NCBI GenBank assembly: GCA_965222155.1 | Contig: CBDCTH010000004.1 | Location: 288,001 to 352,000 of the forward strand | DNA: 64,000 nucleotides | Reading direction: 5' to 3' | Source: Gammaproteobacteria bacterium | GTDB lineage: Bacteria; Pseudomonadota; Gammaproteobacteria; Eutrophobiales; Eutrophobiaceae | Shown here: piece by piece, positions 51,214-62,494 of the stretch | Numbering within the stretch: the first letter of the stretch is position 1 | Layout: each line of letters starts with the position of its first letter | The notes under the pieces: model-generated | Told to the model about the DNA's origin: nothing | Databases searched by the model: none | What the model saw: only the letters and a program-made list of their open reading frames with translations | Position numbers and translations under genes: made by a program

Positions 51214-52491
51214 TTGAGTAGCGCAGTGGGATCAATAGTTCCTTTTTTTATTAAGACAGATTCGCGTTGTGAGATAAATGGTATCTCGTACGCCGGTATC
51301 CCGATTTTCTTTGATGACAACGGTGTTATTTGGCCGTTATCAGATTATATGATTTCGCTTGTTTACCAGTGTCGAAAGCCTGCGAGCACCGTAGAAACCT
51401 ATGCGTACTATCTCCAAAAGTTTTTAAAGCACATCAACGAACAGGAAATAATTTGGTCTGATGTAACGGACGCTGATCTAATTAGATGGCGTGATCAGAT
51501 GATAGATATTGAATGTCTAAGGCCAGCGACAGCGTTTGCATGCTTGTTGAAAGTATTTCATTTTTATCAATGGGCTGAGGAATCTGGCATTTTGAAGTAT
51601 TCCGTCGCGACATATGATGAATGTAACAAGGCATCTTGCTCTTGCCATAACCGAATCTATCAAATTTCCGCTGTTAGGAGAGGTAGAAGCAACTACTATA
51701 CTTGGCCGTACCTCCCAAGGATAAATCAACAGGCAAATAGGCATACTCCGGTTAACGAAGAAATTGAAAAGCTACATGTAGCAGCCTTCAATTCATCGAC
51801 CGGGCAAAGGGATTCGCTATTACTCAGCTTATATGAAGACCTTTGCCTGCGTCGTATGGAAGCACTAAGCATAACAATAAAGGATATTCCGCCATGGGAT
51901 GAGATAGAGGAATATATTGAATCTGATAAAGTCTTTACACTTACGATTTTAGGCAAGAGAAACAGAGTTCGACATGTACCTGTGCTTCCTGAACTAATGG
52001 TTAGAGCACGTGAATATATTGAAGGGCAGCGCAGGGTAGTAATTAAGAGGGCAAAAAGTAGAAACTCAACTTTTAAGCCCCCTGACGAGTTATTTTTAGG
52101 TGCGACTACGGCTTTGCCTCTGACGAAAGGGTATGTTTCCAGACATGTATCAGGGTTGATGCAGTCCACCATAGATATCAAGCAAGCCTCAGGACACCGT
52201 CTTCGGGCATCCGGACTTACAGCATTGGCTGAAGCCTATGATGGTTTTGATGAAACAGGTAGACCATTTTCCGCGGAACAAGTTCTCTGGAAAGTGGCAG
52301 ATCATGCGGGTCACGCTAATCCATCATCTCTGCAACCATATCTCAACAGCGCACGAAGTCCGAAGCATGGGTCGAATGTAGAGAAAGGAATACGAGACGA
52401 TACGCGTTTACACCTGCTTAAACGAGAAAATGCGGAATTGAAAGCCAAGCTAAAAAAGCGTGGTAATTCTGATAACAAAACGGGATTATAA
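51214..52491 (+). CDS. Tyrosine recombinase (425 aa)
   Basis: STVETYAYYL, LRRMEAL, GKRNRVR, GHRLRAS, AGHANPSSLQPY. Confidence 0.88.
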   Translation: MSSAVGSIVPFFIKTDSRCEINGISYAGIPIFFDDNGVIWPLSDYMISLVYQCRKPASTVETYAYYLQKFLKHINEQEIIWSDVTDADLIRWRDQMIDIECLRPATAFACLLKVFHFYQWAEESGILKYSVATYDECNKASCSCHNRIYQISAVRRGRSNYYTWPYLPRINQQANRHTPVNEEIEKLHVAAFNSSTGQRDSLLLSLYEDLCLRRMEALSITIKDIPPWDEIEEYIESDKVFTLTILGKRNRVRHVPVLPELMVRAREYIEGQRRVVIKRAKSRNSTFKPPDELFLGATTALPLTKGYVSRHVSGLMQSTIDIKQASGHRLRASGLTALAEAYDGFDETGRPFSAEQVLWKVADHAGHANPSSLQPYLNSARSPKHGSNVEKGIRDDTRLHLLKRENAELKAKLKKRGNSDNKTGL

Positions 52492-55400
52492 TCTACGGAT
52501 ATAGTAAAAATTAAATTTTCCTAAACGGTTCGTGGTACAAGAACGGGGAGAGGGTCATTACTAACATCCAGCATAATACAGTAGAGGTATAGACATGACT
52601 CAGTCTGGTGGTCCTGCAGCGATCAATGGATTTCTCTATCAGATAATTCACCACCTCGGATGGATGGCGAGCGTTACCTTGAAGGGAAAAGTAAATGGTC
52701 AAGCAATTTCGGAAGCATGCCTAGTATTGGAACCTCGTAACGGTGGGGATGCACGTGCCGAGAGCCATGGTGTTTATATTGTGGAGCAATATAAGACTCG
52801 CGAAAACCGTACTTGGCCACTAAACGACATAAAACCAGTCCTCCGTGATCTCTGGAAAGCGATTCCCCTTCCTTTACCTCTGAATGCCAGTTATCGTTTC
52901 GTAACAAACGGACGGCGTGGAAAACTCGATACATTTGAGACCTTTCTTGATGATGTAAAGAGGGTTAACAGTCCAGATGAACTCGATAATAGTAATCAGA
53001 AAAAATTTAGTAATAGTCTTATTTTGACAAACCGTGAGTTCTTCGATCATGTCAATGCTCTAGTCCAGAACAAAGATTCACAGCATATCACCGAAACTTT
53101 CACCACTTTTCATCTGTTAGCCCATTTTGAGATGGGGTTCTGTGTCAGTAGCAGTGACCACGTTGCTAAACTTGAAAGCCTCTTACGGCCCTATGCCCCT
53201 AATCTTGGTGATGAACAAGGGATTCGCGAGCATCTAGTTGGAATGCTGCTTGATAAATTGGCTGAAGGCGAAACAAGACTTGACACTAACGGAATAAATT
53301 CCTTATTCCGTAAGGCCAACCTCAATCCTGAACGGCTATACAGGTTGGCGACATTGCCAGATTCAATGTATGCGTTGACGCACCGCCGCCTCTCAAAGTT
53401 GCAATACGACCCAGGGAGAGACGTCCGTGGCATACCAGAATGGCCAGAGAATAAACAAATTCTGCTGATTGCAGGTGAAAGTGGCGTCGGTAAAACATGG
53501 CAACTCGGAAGACTATTGGAGACACATGGAAATAAGGGAGATATTGTAAACTTGGTACTTTCGGCGCGATCTCGCGAAGATTTACTGAGCTAAATATCTC
53601 GTGACCTATGGGAAACAGGACTCGGTGAAACATCAGACAAGTCCATAGTTGCAGTAACGCATTTCCTCCGCGAACTAGATAAGAACAATTCCAATCAGAC
53701 ATTGATCGTCGCACTTGACGATGTCCAGGACATAGACCTTGCCCGGGAACTAGTGCGCCAAGACTGGTCTGACTGGGAAATTCGCTTGGCACTAACGGTT
53801 CCGCGTAGCGTGGCGCGATCATTATCTATGACGGATAGCGATACTGTCCACGTACATCACGTTAGTGAATTTTCGGTAGAAGAACTCGATTTATTACTGA
53901 AACAGCATAATCAGCGATGGGCTGATCTTCCACCAGATCTGAAAATATTGCTGCGCACTCCTATTCTTGCTGGTCTTTATCTCAAACTTTCTTATCGATC
54001 ATTCCAAAGCGCACCGCGTAGCGAATATGAGATATTCGATCGGTTTTGGCAGAAGATTGTAGAAAAAGGAACAGTTGGGGATGAGGGTATTGTAACAGCG
54101 CTGGCTGCGCATACGCGTAAGGGGAAAGTTTATCCTCTTAAGCAAACGATGTGGCACAAGATTGGACTGATTAACGGGGAAACCCTAGAACGCCTTCTAT
54201 CAACTGGCTGGCTTCGATACTCTGATAACGGCGAAGTCGGATTTACACATGACAGACTTCTGAATTGGGCAGTCGCAAAATCCTTGGTGCAGGAATTTAA
54301 TCGCGGAGAATTATCGCTGGAAGATTTGGGAGCCTATCTTTCGGTCGAAAATAATAAACTAGACCAGCAGATGTCGTACAGACTAGGCTATGTTCCCTTG
54401 GATATGCTCTGGTTACTAGCTGAGAACCCACAGAACACCAAGACGATATGCCAACTCGTCGAATTAATGGAAGACAGAGGAAAATTTGGAATTCATGCTG
54501 AAGAGCTATACGCAGATCACCTGCCGACACTTGGTCAACGAGTTATTCCGATACTCCAAGAACGATTGCAGGCCATTATAACTAGTCCAGATAGGGAGTA
54601 CCAGATAGCTCTAATCGGTAAATCTTTTGCTGCTCTTGCAAAGCAAGAGAATATCACACTAAAAGATACTGTCGTTTCTCTATTGAACTCGCCATCCCGT
54701 GATCTTCAAAACGTAGCTCTCGCGGCTCTAACTGTAGCACCTAATGTAGAACAACTCGACCGCTTGTGGGAATTGCACCAATATCGATGCGATGCACTGG
54801 AGGACAAGGTCGAAAACTCAAGACATAAGGACTATACAACAAGCTTTACAGCTATGCGTGCAGCTATTTCCTTCGACCCCGCATGGCTTCGTAACAGAAT
54901 CCTGAAAACTGACACATTGAAGGAGAACGTCTCTGCACTTGGATATCTCCTTAACGCTATGGAAAACAACGAAGCACTGGAAATCTGGAAAGAGAGCGGA
55001 CATATATTGATGAAAAAGGTGCCTGCCAGTAAGCCTCGTTGTCTACTAAATTGCATTGCTCGTTTCAAAGATCAGAAGAATCGTGATTTCGTAATAAAGA
55101 ACCTATCGCACTCGGATGATTTTGCCGGCGCTATAGCACTCACTGCTCTCTCAGTCCTTGACCCTACTGCCGCCATTGATCGGCTAGTTCAGATAGATGA
55201 TGCTCAGCGCTACTTGTTCCGTAATCATTGGCTTCCAACACTCCTGTATGCACAACCGGAACTAACACAAAATCGTATCCTCGAACTAGCTAAAGTAGAT
55301 CAGTCTGGATATCGTTTAGTGATAGATCTATTCTGGGAGCGACCGAACCAAATAAACGGAGAAATGCTTTGTTTTATACTGCGTTCACTGGAAAACAGCT

Positions 55401-56540
55401 TATGTAAACATATGAATGAGGTCCTGGTCGGAGACCCATTATGGCTTAACAACCCGTTTGATTTTCTTGGGCGCATCAGCCGTCTTGACCTATTAGAAAT
55501 ATTGGCAGCCGAGGCCGATAGTCGATTAGAAGAGATGATTACCGAGGTTGCGTGTAGTCGACTACGTACAAACAGTAATTTTCGTGACAGCATCCGCGAA
55601 GATGCACGTCGAATCCTGATTCTCATCGGTGGAGAAGGCATCACAACCATGATTAATCGGGAATTAGATTCAGGACATTTTTGGGTGCGCCATGGTGGCT
55701 TGAAATGGGCAATGGTGCGGAACGATAACGGTATTGTGGAAAAACTCTGTGCAATTGCTTCACGTCAAGCTTCAAGAAATGAGGATGGAAGTATTGAGTC
55801 CAGTTTTCTGCAAGAGTTTGTACAGGCTACGAAAGCACTTGCAGCTTTGGGGTCTGATACAGCTTTAGTTGAAACTCTGAGAAATAGTGGCTTAGTGGAA
55901 GTGTCTATCGAGCTTACCCAGCTTCGTGCGCACCGTGGTTTGATGCCAAAAGCTATCACCGCTCAAACGCTACAAGTGTTGCAAAGTGAGGATTCATCTG
56001 AAGAATTGTTACTGACTGAGATTATGATTGCATGGCTCAGTCAAGACGCTGAGTTAATTTCACAGATGCGTTCGATATTAGAGCGCGCAGACATAGAAGG
56101 ACGAATTGCCACTTATGCCTGCATCGCACTTCAGGCACTTGGTGATAGCTCAGATGAGTTCGCACGGCTAGCTTATCGCCTTCTCTATACTGAATCTAAC
56201 ACGTCTAATGGGTTACAAGCACTGATCTGGTTGGGTAATCGAGGAGCAAAATTGCTCGCAAATTGGCTTCAGGATGCAAGTGCGCGGAAGAATGAGAGAC
56301 ATGATACATCCGCAATCTACACTTTATATGATTATCCCTCAACCAGGGACATAAGTATTAATGCTGCTCTCACAAAATGCCTGAGTAGAAGCTCGTATTT
56401 TGATAGTCCATTTGACATTGCTGCTGAAGCAGAAAACTGCGTATTTCACTGAATCCTGCCACCCGTTTCACGTGAAGGCTGCCACCCGGAACGCAGCAAA
56501 GCTGCCACCCCCAGGCGCGTGATGACGTGGGTGTTGGTCA

Positions 56541-57299
56541 TTATGACTCTGTTGGGGTCATCGTCGTCAATGTTTTTTTCTGTTTTCGCATGGATTCACC
56601 CTTGAGTTGTATTTTGTAAGCATTGTGCACCAGGCGGTCAAGGATGGCATCGGCGAGGGTGGGGTCGCCGATGCTGTGATGCCATTTTTCGGCCGGTAAT
56701 TGACTGGTAGCGAGGGTGGAGCGTGCGCCGTGGCGGTCTTCCAGGATTTCCAGCAGGTCACGGCGCTGCTCTGCGTTCAATTTGACCAGGCCCCAGTCAT
56801 CGAGGATGAGGGCCTGGGTTTTTGCCAGGGTGGTGAGGAGCTTGGGATAGCGTCCATCGCCCTTGGCGATGGACAGGTCCTGGAGGAGTCTGGGCAGGCG
56901 CAGGTAGAGGGCGGTGTAGCCGTGCCGGCAGGCGTTGTGTGCCAGGGCACAGGCGAGCCAGGTTTTGCCGACGCCGGTGGGGCCGGTGATGAGGATATTG
57001 AGGTGTTCGCGGACCCACTGGCAGGTGGCCAGTGATTGCATCAGGGATTTATCCAGTCCGCGCGGGTGGCGATAGTCGATATCCTCCAGGGTGGCATTGT
57101 GTTTGAGGCGGGCGCATCGCAGCCGGTTGGACAGGCGTCGGTTGTCCCGTTCGGTTATCTCCCGGTCGACGAGCAGGCCGAGGCGTTCCTCGAAGCTGAG
57201 GGTATCGATATCGGGCACGGACATCTGCTCGGTGAGGGCGGCAGCCATACCGGTGCATTTCAAGGTCTGGAGTTTGTCCAGGGTGGGATGTATCAACAT
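56541..57299 (-). CDS. istB: IS21 helper ATPase
   Basis: GPTGVGKT, LILDDWG, ADAILDRLVH. Confidence 0.95.
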   Translation of the reverse strand: MLIHPTLDKLQTLKCTGMAAALTEQMSVPDIDTLSFEERLGLLVDREITERDNRRLSNRLRCARLKHNATLEDIDYRHPRGLDKSLMQSLATCQWVREHLNILITGPTGVGKTWLACALAHNACRHGYTALYLRLPRLLQDLSIAKGDGRYPKLLTTLAKTQALILDDWGLVKLNAEQRRDLLEILEDRHGARSTLATSQLPAEKWHHSIGDPTLADAILDRLVHNAYKIQLKGESMRKQKKTLTTMTPTES

Positions 57300-57318
57300 A
57301 GCAGTCTCCTGTCGTGGG

Positions 57319-58860
57319 TCAGTGGTAGTAGGATGGGCCACGGATATTGTCGTGGTCATCAGGTAAGGCCGCCTCGGTCTGCTCGGCGAGGGGTTGCCGG
57401 TCCAGGCCGTGGCGGAGGATGGATTCGATACTTTTGTAACTGTGGCTGCCCAGGGTGAGGGCGCGTTGGCAGGCGGCCTCCAGCCGGTCGTCGCCGTAGG
57501 TTTTAGCCAGGCGCAGGATCCCTAAGCAACTGCGGTAGGCCTGCTGGGGGTGCTTGCGGGCAGACAGGACACGGAGGATAAGGGTTTCTGTGGCCGGCCC
57601 GACCGGCGCGGCCCAGCGGCCCAGGCGTTGCGGGGACCACTCGCCGGCCTGGCGGTGCGCCTCGGGCATGTGGGCCGGGACGGTGGTATGACGTGCCTTA
57701 TGATACGAGCGTCGATGGCTGGCGATGCGCTGGCCGCGATGAAAGCATTCAATGGTGTTGGCGGTGATGCGCACGTCCAGTTGTTTTTTGATGAGCGCGT
57801 GGGGCACGGAGTAGTAATGGCCATGGACCTCGATGTGATAGTCGATATGGACCCGCGCCTGCTTCCACTCGGCGTATTCGTACGCTTCGACGGGCAGGGG
57901 GCGCAGGGCCGGTTTATCCAGTTGCTCAAACAGCGCGCGCCGGGTGCCCGGCAGTTTCTTGAAGGGCCGGTTGTTGAGCGTCTCCAGCAACGCCCGGATG
58001 GCGCGGTTCAACTCGGCCAGGGAGAAGCACTGACGCTGGCGCAGGGCGGCGAGGATCCAGCGCTCTACCACCTGTACCGCGACCTCGGCTTTCGCTTTGT
58101 CACGGGGACGACGCACCCGTGCCGGAATGATGGCTACCCCGTAATGGGTGGCCAGGTCCTGGTAGGTGGGGTTGATGTCCGGCTCATAGCGATGCGCCTT
58201 GCTGACCCCGGCGCGTAAATTATCCGGCACCACCACTTCAGGCACACCGCCCAGGTAGGTAAAACAGCGCACGTGGGCGCCGATCCAATCTTCCAGGCCC
58301 TGGCTCCAGGTGGCCTCGGCATAGGTGTAGTTCGACGCGCCCAGCGCGCCCACAAACACCTCTGCCTCACGGACTTCCCCGGTTGCCGGGTTGATGACCT
58401 GAGCACGCATACCGGCATAATCCACGAACAGCTTCTCACCGGCCCGGTGCTCCTGGCGCATGACCAGATCCAGCTTGCCACGCCACGTCCGATAATGCTG
58501 GCAGAACCAGGTGTACTGATAGCCTTGCGGGTGAGTCTGGCGATACTCATGCCATAACAACTGCAAGGTGACGCCCGGGCGTTTCAACTCCCGATGAATG
58601 TGTGACCAATCGGGCACGCCGCGGGCCGCGGCGGGTACAGCTGGGGCGGGCGGAAACAGCAGACGCTCCAGCGCCCCGTCATCCAGCGCCGCAGGCAGCG
58701 GCCAACCCAGCCCGGCCGCCTCGGCCCGGCGCAGGTACTCATCCACCGCCGGACGGGAAATGCCACAACTCCTGGCTGTCTGGCGTTTGCTCAGGCCCTG
58801 GCTCCAGCACAGGCGTAATACGTCTTTTATCTTTCTCATGGACAACCTCTTTGCAGGCAT
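57319..58860 (-). CDS. istA: IS21 transposase
   Basis: FVDYAG, VPDNL, PRDKAKAE. Confidence 0.95.
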   Translation of the reverse strand: MPAKRLSMRKIKDVLRLCWSQGLSKRQTARSCGISRPAVDEYLRRAEAAGLGWPLPAALDDGALERLLFPPAPAVPAAARGVPDWSHIHRELKRPGVTLQLLWHEYRQTHPQGYQYTWFCQHYRTWRGKLDLVMRQEHRAGEKLFVDYAGMRAQVINPATGEVREAEVFVGALGASNYTYAEATWSQGLEDWIGAHVRCFTYLGGVPEVVVPDNLRAGVSKAHRYEPDINPTYQDLATHYGVAIIPARVRRPRDKAKAEVAVQVVERWILAALRQRQCFSLAELNRAIRALLETLNNRPFKKLPGTRRALFEQLDKPALRPLPVEAYEYAEWKQARVHIDYHIEVHGHYYSVPHALIKKQLDVRITANTIECFHRGQRIASHRRSYHKARHTTVPAHMPEAHRQAGEWSPQRLGRWAAPVGPATETLILRVLSARKHPQQAYRSCLGILRLAKTYGDDRLEAACQRALTLGSHSYKSIESILRHGLDRQPLAEQTEAALPDDHDNIRGPSYYH

Positions 58861-59727
58861 CTGTGTCTCCTCCTTTCAGTAGAAATAAGGACACAGGATA
58901 CCCTTGGTTATCCACGTCAAACGCGCCGGTTATCTACCTCCTTGGGGGTGGCAGCTTTGCCGTGTAATGGGTGGCAGCTTTGCTGTGAAATACGCAAAAA
59001 CCCTGTAATCCGTGAAAAGATTATCGATAAGGCCTTTACAACACATTCAATTGTGACAAATCAACCGCTCACTGCCATTAAAGGACTAGCAAAGTTTGAT
59101 GTAGAACGAGCAATTGAAGCAATTGAACTTGCATTGCAATTTCATCATAAGATTGAACGGCAGCTATGCCAACTCCTCGTCCGCATTTCACCAGAAACTG
59201 CAGCACACCAGTTAATAAAATCCGCATATTCAATTGATAGAAAGTCCTTACGAAGTACAGTAGGACGGGCATTAAGGAAACTAGATTCTGAAATCGTATC
59301 GAGTTTAATCGTCGATAGAATGAGTGGCTTGATGCCCAGACCTGAGATAGCCGCAGAACTTGCTGGTTGGTTACAGCCCACACCATCGATTTCGAAGGAA
59401 CTCGGTAATCTCGCTGATTACCATAGTACAAACGAAGTCAGGTATGCTGCCCTAACTGCACTGGAACGACAACATCAAGAGGCGAATGTTTGCTCTCTTC
59501 TTGCTACTTTCCCCACAGCAGCTAAGGAAAGGCAATGGAGCATATTAGTCGCAATATTGGAAGCAGGTGATCCTCATCTGCTTAGTGATAGTAAAGATTC
59601 TCTCTGGATTGGCAGCATTTTTTCCGAAGATACACCTAATGTATTCTTGCACCATGCCGACTCGGTTTTGTCCCAGCGAAAAAAGAAAATAGAGTGAATT
59701 GGATTACTTTTTTACACTTCAATCAAA

Positions 59728-60089
59728 TGTGTGATTCATAGACATCCTTTCAATAAAATGGGTGTCTATGAACAGAGAGATTCAACAACGATTACAGTGG
59801 GTGCGGCTGTATGAAGAAACAGGTAATGCCGGGCTTGTCTGTCGCCGGTGTGGCATATCCAGGCCCACGTTAAGGAAGTGGTGGAAACCTTACCAACAAG
59901 ACGGAGAAGGCGGCCTGGTTGACCTGAGCCGTCGTCCTCATCACTCCCCCAACACTAAGGTTGGCAAGCAAGAAGAACAGCTCATTCTTAAATTACGCAA
60001 GACACGCAACTTGGGCGCCAGGCGGATTCAGAGCGAACTGAAGCGCCTCCACGAGATTTCCCTGTCATTGGCGACTGTTCACAAGGTGC
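59728..60089 (+). mobile_element. IS481-family left end and truncated transposase
   Basis: TGTGTGATTCATAGACA end; CRRCGISRPTLRKW, SRRPHHSP, GARRI. Confidence 0.8.
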
Positions 60090-60488
60090 TGCGTAATCCG
60101 GCTGATCGTGAACACTCATTCTGGTTGAACGTGAACACTGATTCCGGTTCATCGTGAACACCTGTTCCGGTTGAACGTGAACACTTTTCGGGTCATTTCC
60201 GGAATCACTGTTCACGTTCCCGGAATCACCGTTCACAATCAACCGGAATCACACTCAACGCATTGAACTTGTAACCCTTTGGTAGGCTCTCTCCTTTTTG
60301 GAGGAGCCCACCATGCCAGGCAAGAGGGCAACAATGCGTAAACTACGAGACGTACTCCGGCTCCGGCACGCAGCCGGTCTGTCCGTGACATCAGCCGCAG
60401 CACCAAACTGAGTGCCGGCGGCATCCAGAAGCTGCTCAGCCGGGCCCAGGACCTGCACCTGAGCTGGCCGCTTCCCGCGGACCTGGAT
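60090..60488 (+). mobile_element. Second IS21-family left end and istA stub
   Basis: TGCGTAATCC start, repeated CGTGAACAC boxes, MPGKRATMRKLRDVLRL...LSWPLPADLD (frameshifted). Confidence 0.8.
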
Positions 60489-60757
60489 TGAACCGCCCCG
60501 GATTTGCCGGAGACTCCATTTCTTGAGAGGATGATTATACCTCGGAGATTCAGGAACGGGCAGTGCGCCTGGTCTTTGAACATCAGTATGTATTAGGATC
60601 AGAATGGGTAGACTGTTTTGAACATCGCTGTCTGCTGGTACCCATTTGCAACGTGCCACCGGCTGAGTATGAAAAGATGTACTATGACGGGTTTAACCGG
60701 TCATGCAAAGCGGCATGACTCAAACTAACGGGTCTCCGGGATTCCCGGGGCGGTTCA
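60489..60757 (+). mobile_element. Internally deleted IS3-family element (269 bp)
   Basis: Both TIRs (TGAACCGCCCCGG / CCGGGGCGGTTCA); orfA head joined to orfB tail. Confidence 0.82.
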
Positions 60758-60831
60758 GTGTAAAACAAGATATTTGACGTAATGAATTTCACCTCAATCA
60801 AATTGGATAGAATGTAGTGAAAAGATTAAAT

Positions 60832-62400
60832 AGTCGATCCTGAAAAACCCATTTCAGGTTGCCATTATGGGTGCCGGTAGCGGAGCCAGACAAGCCAGCT
60901 TTCGGTTCAACTGTGTGCCGGCGCTTAATAGACGCGCTGCGGGCATCAACAAGCGGAGCCAAGCCAGTATAAGTATCCTTTTTTCGAGACAAAAAAACCT
61001 GAGCCGTCTCAGGATCAGGCGCAGGTTGTGACCGGCACAACTCAACAGGACATTTAATTGGTCGCCTTGTGTCCCTTTCAGGTAATTACGTCCCAACAGC
61101 CCGTCGGCTTTCAGGTGGCCGATAACCGGTTCAATCGTCTGACGGCGCTTGAGCGACCGTTTCAATCGTTGGGTTTTGATGCCGCGCTTCTGCCCGGAGA
61201 TATACACCGTACTCGCCGTTTCATCATGCCCCCGATAGCCCTTGTCCACAAACGCCTCATCAATATTCGTCCCGGTCAAGCGCCGCACCTGTGCCAGGGC
61301 TTTCTTCAAGGTGTGGCCGTCATACGGACTGCCCGGCAAGGCCATACCCCCCACCACGAAGTTGCTCTTGTTGGTCGTGGCAATACTCGCCTTCACCCCG
61401 AATTCATACCGTTTATGCACTTTACCTTTGCTGATACATTCCACCTCCGGGGCATGCAGGCTGTACAGCTTATTTTTATCCTGTTTCTGTTGCCCCAACA
61501 GTCGCTTGGCCAAGGCCAACTCGTCCGCATACACCGCCTGTCGGGCCGCATTGCCAGCGGTGTTACGCTCAATGTCACGCACCACCCGGCCCAGATACGT
61601 GCGTAACCGCTTCACTTCGCGCCGCAGCCGCCGATACTGTTTGGCGTGACCGTAGCGGTTCGCCTGTTGCAGCGCCCTGGGCCCCTTGCGGGCATAGCTC
61701 TGGCGTAACACCACCCCCTGGCGCCGGCATAACCGTACCAGGCGCTCACGCGACCGATTCAGCAGCTTGCTGTCGGTCGGATAACTCACCGCCTTCTCCT
61801 GCACCGTCGTATCCACCGTCACCCGCTTGAAATCTGTGGTTTTGACTGCGTTACTCTGCACCCCGGCCGCCACCGTCACCTGCAAAATCCGCTCACACCC
61901 CGACTGGCCAATGCGCCGCCGAAACCGCGTCAGACTGCTCGGATCTACCGGCGCCTCATGCTGAAAATACACCTCCCCGCAGAAATACTGCCAATACGGA
62001 TTCTCCACCCAGCCCGACACCACCGCCTCGTCCGACAACCCGTAACAATGCTTCAGATACTGCAAGCCCACCATCAACCGGGTCGGTTTCCCCGGACAAC
62101 CGTTATCCGGGCAATACAGTGACCCGAACTCGTTATCAAACACCGACCACTCTATCAGGTCGGCCAGGCGATATAAGGCATGGCGTTGGTTGAGCATATT
62201 GTCTAGTCGTTCGCGGAACAGGTCGGTTGCGGTGCGGGTCGCGGCGTCAGCTTGCCTGGGCGTCATGTTTGCCTCCGATATTGCAGGAAAATGGAGCATT
62301 ATGATACCAAAACAGGCAATTTCAGTCCAGGAATATTTACAACTTAAACAAATATAATCAATAGCTTAGAGTGTCTTTTAAGGGTTTTTCAGGGACGACT
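60832..62400 (-). mobile_element. Complete IS5-family element
   Basis: TIRs AGTCGATCCTGAAAAACCC / GGGTTTTTCAGGGACGACT; 4-bp TSD AAAT. Confidence 0.9.
60854..62266 (-). CDS. IS5-family transposase
   Basis: WVENPYWQYFCG, VDTTVQEK, FVDKGYRG, IEPVIGHLK. Confidence 0.93.
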   Translation of the reverse strand: MTPRQADAATRTATDLFRERLDNMLNQRHALYRLADLIEWSVFDNEFGSLYCPDNGCPGKPTRLMVGLQYLKHCYGLSDEAVVSGWVENPYWQYFCGEVYFQHEAPVDPSSLTRFRRRIGQSGCERILQVTVAAGVQSNAVKTTDFKRVTVDTTVQEKAVSYPTDSKLLNRSRERLVRLCRRQGVVLRQSYARKGPRALQQANRYGHAKQYRRLRREVKRLRTYLGRVVRDIERNTAGNAARQAVYADELALAKRLLGQQKQDKNKLYSLHAPEVECISKGKVHKRYEFGVKASIATTNKSNFVVGGMALPGSPYDGHTLKKALAQVRRLTGTNIDEAFVDKGYRGHDETASTVYISGQKRGIKTQRLKRSLKRRQTIEPVIGHLKADGLLGRNYLKGTQGDQLNVLLSCAGHNLRLILRRLRFFCLEKRILILAWLRLLMPAARLLSAGTQLNRKLACLAPLPAPIMAT

Positions 62401-62494
62401 AAATACGGTTTCATGTCAATATATATTTATATTTTATAATTATTTTTGAGTCAATTATAATTTGAAGAATACATAAATCACTACACAAATCTAT

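Larger units (their letters stand above)
56438..58996 (-). mobile_element. Complete IS21-family element
   Basis: TIRs TGCGTATTTCAC / GTGAAATACGCA, internal GCTGCCACCC repeats, 5-bp TSD AAAAC. Confidence 0.95.
52595..59697 (+). pseudogene. ~1512-aa nuclease-STAND NTPase-helical repeat gene (Avs-like), split by a nonsense codon and IS21
   Basis: GFLYQ...D...EQYK, GESGVGKT, in-frame TAA at 53591, LIVALDDV, FTHDRL; removing the IS restores AEAEN-PVIREK. Confidence 0.8.

Noticed and set aside
53591-53593. Programmed read-through or recoded stop
   Set aside because: TAA terminates many genes in this window and the gene is also IS-disrupted; a nonsense mutation or read error is simpler.
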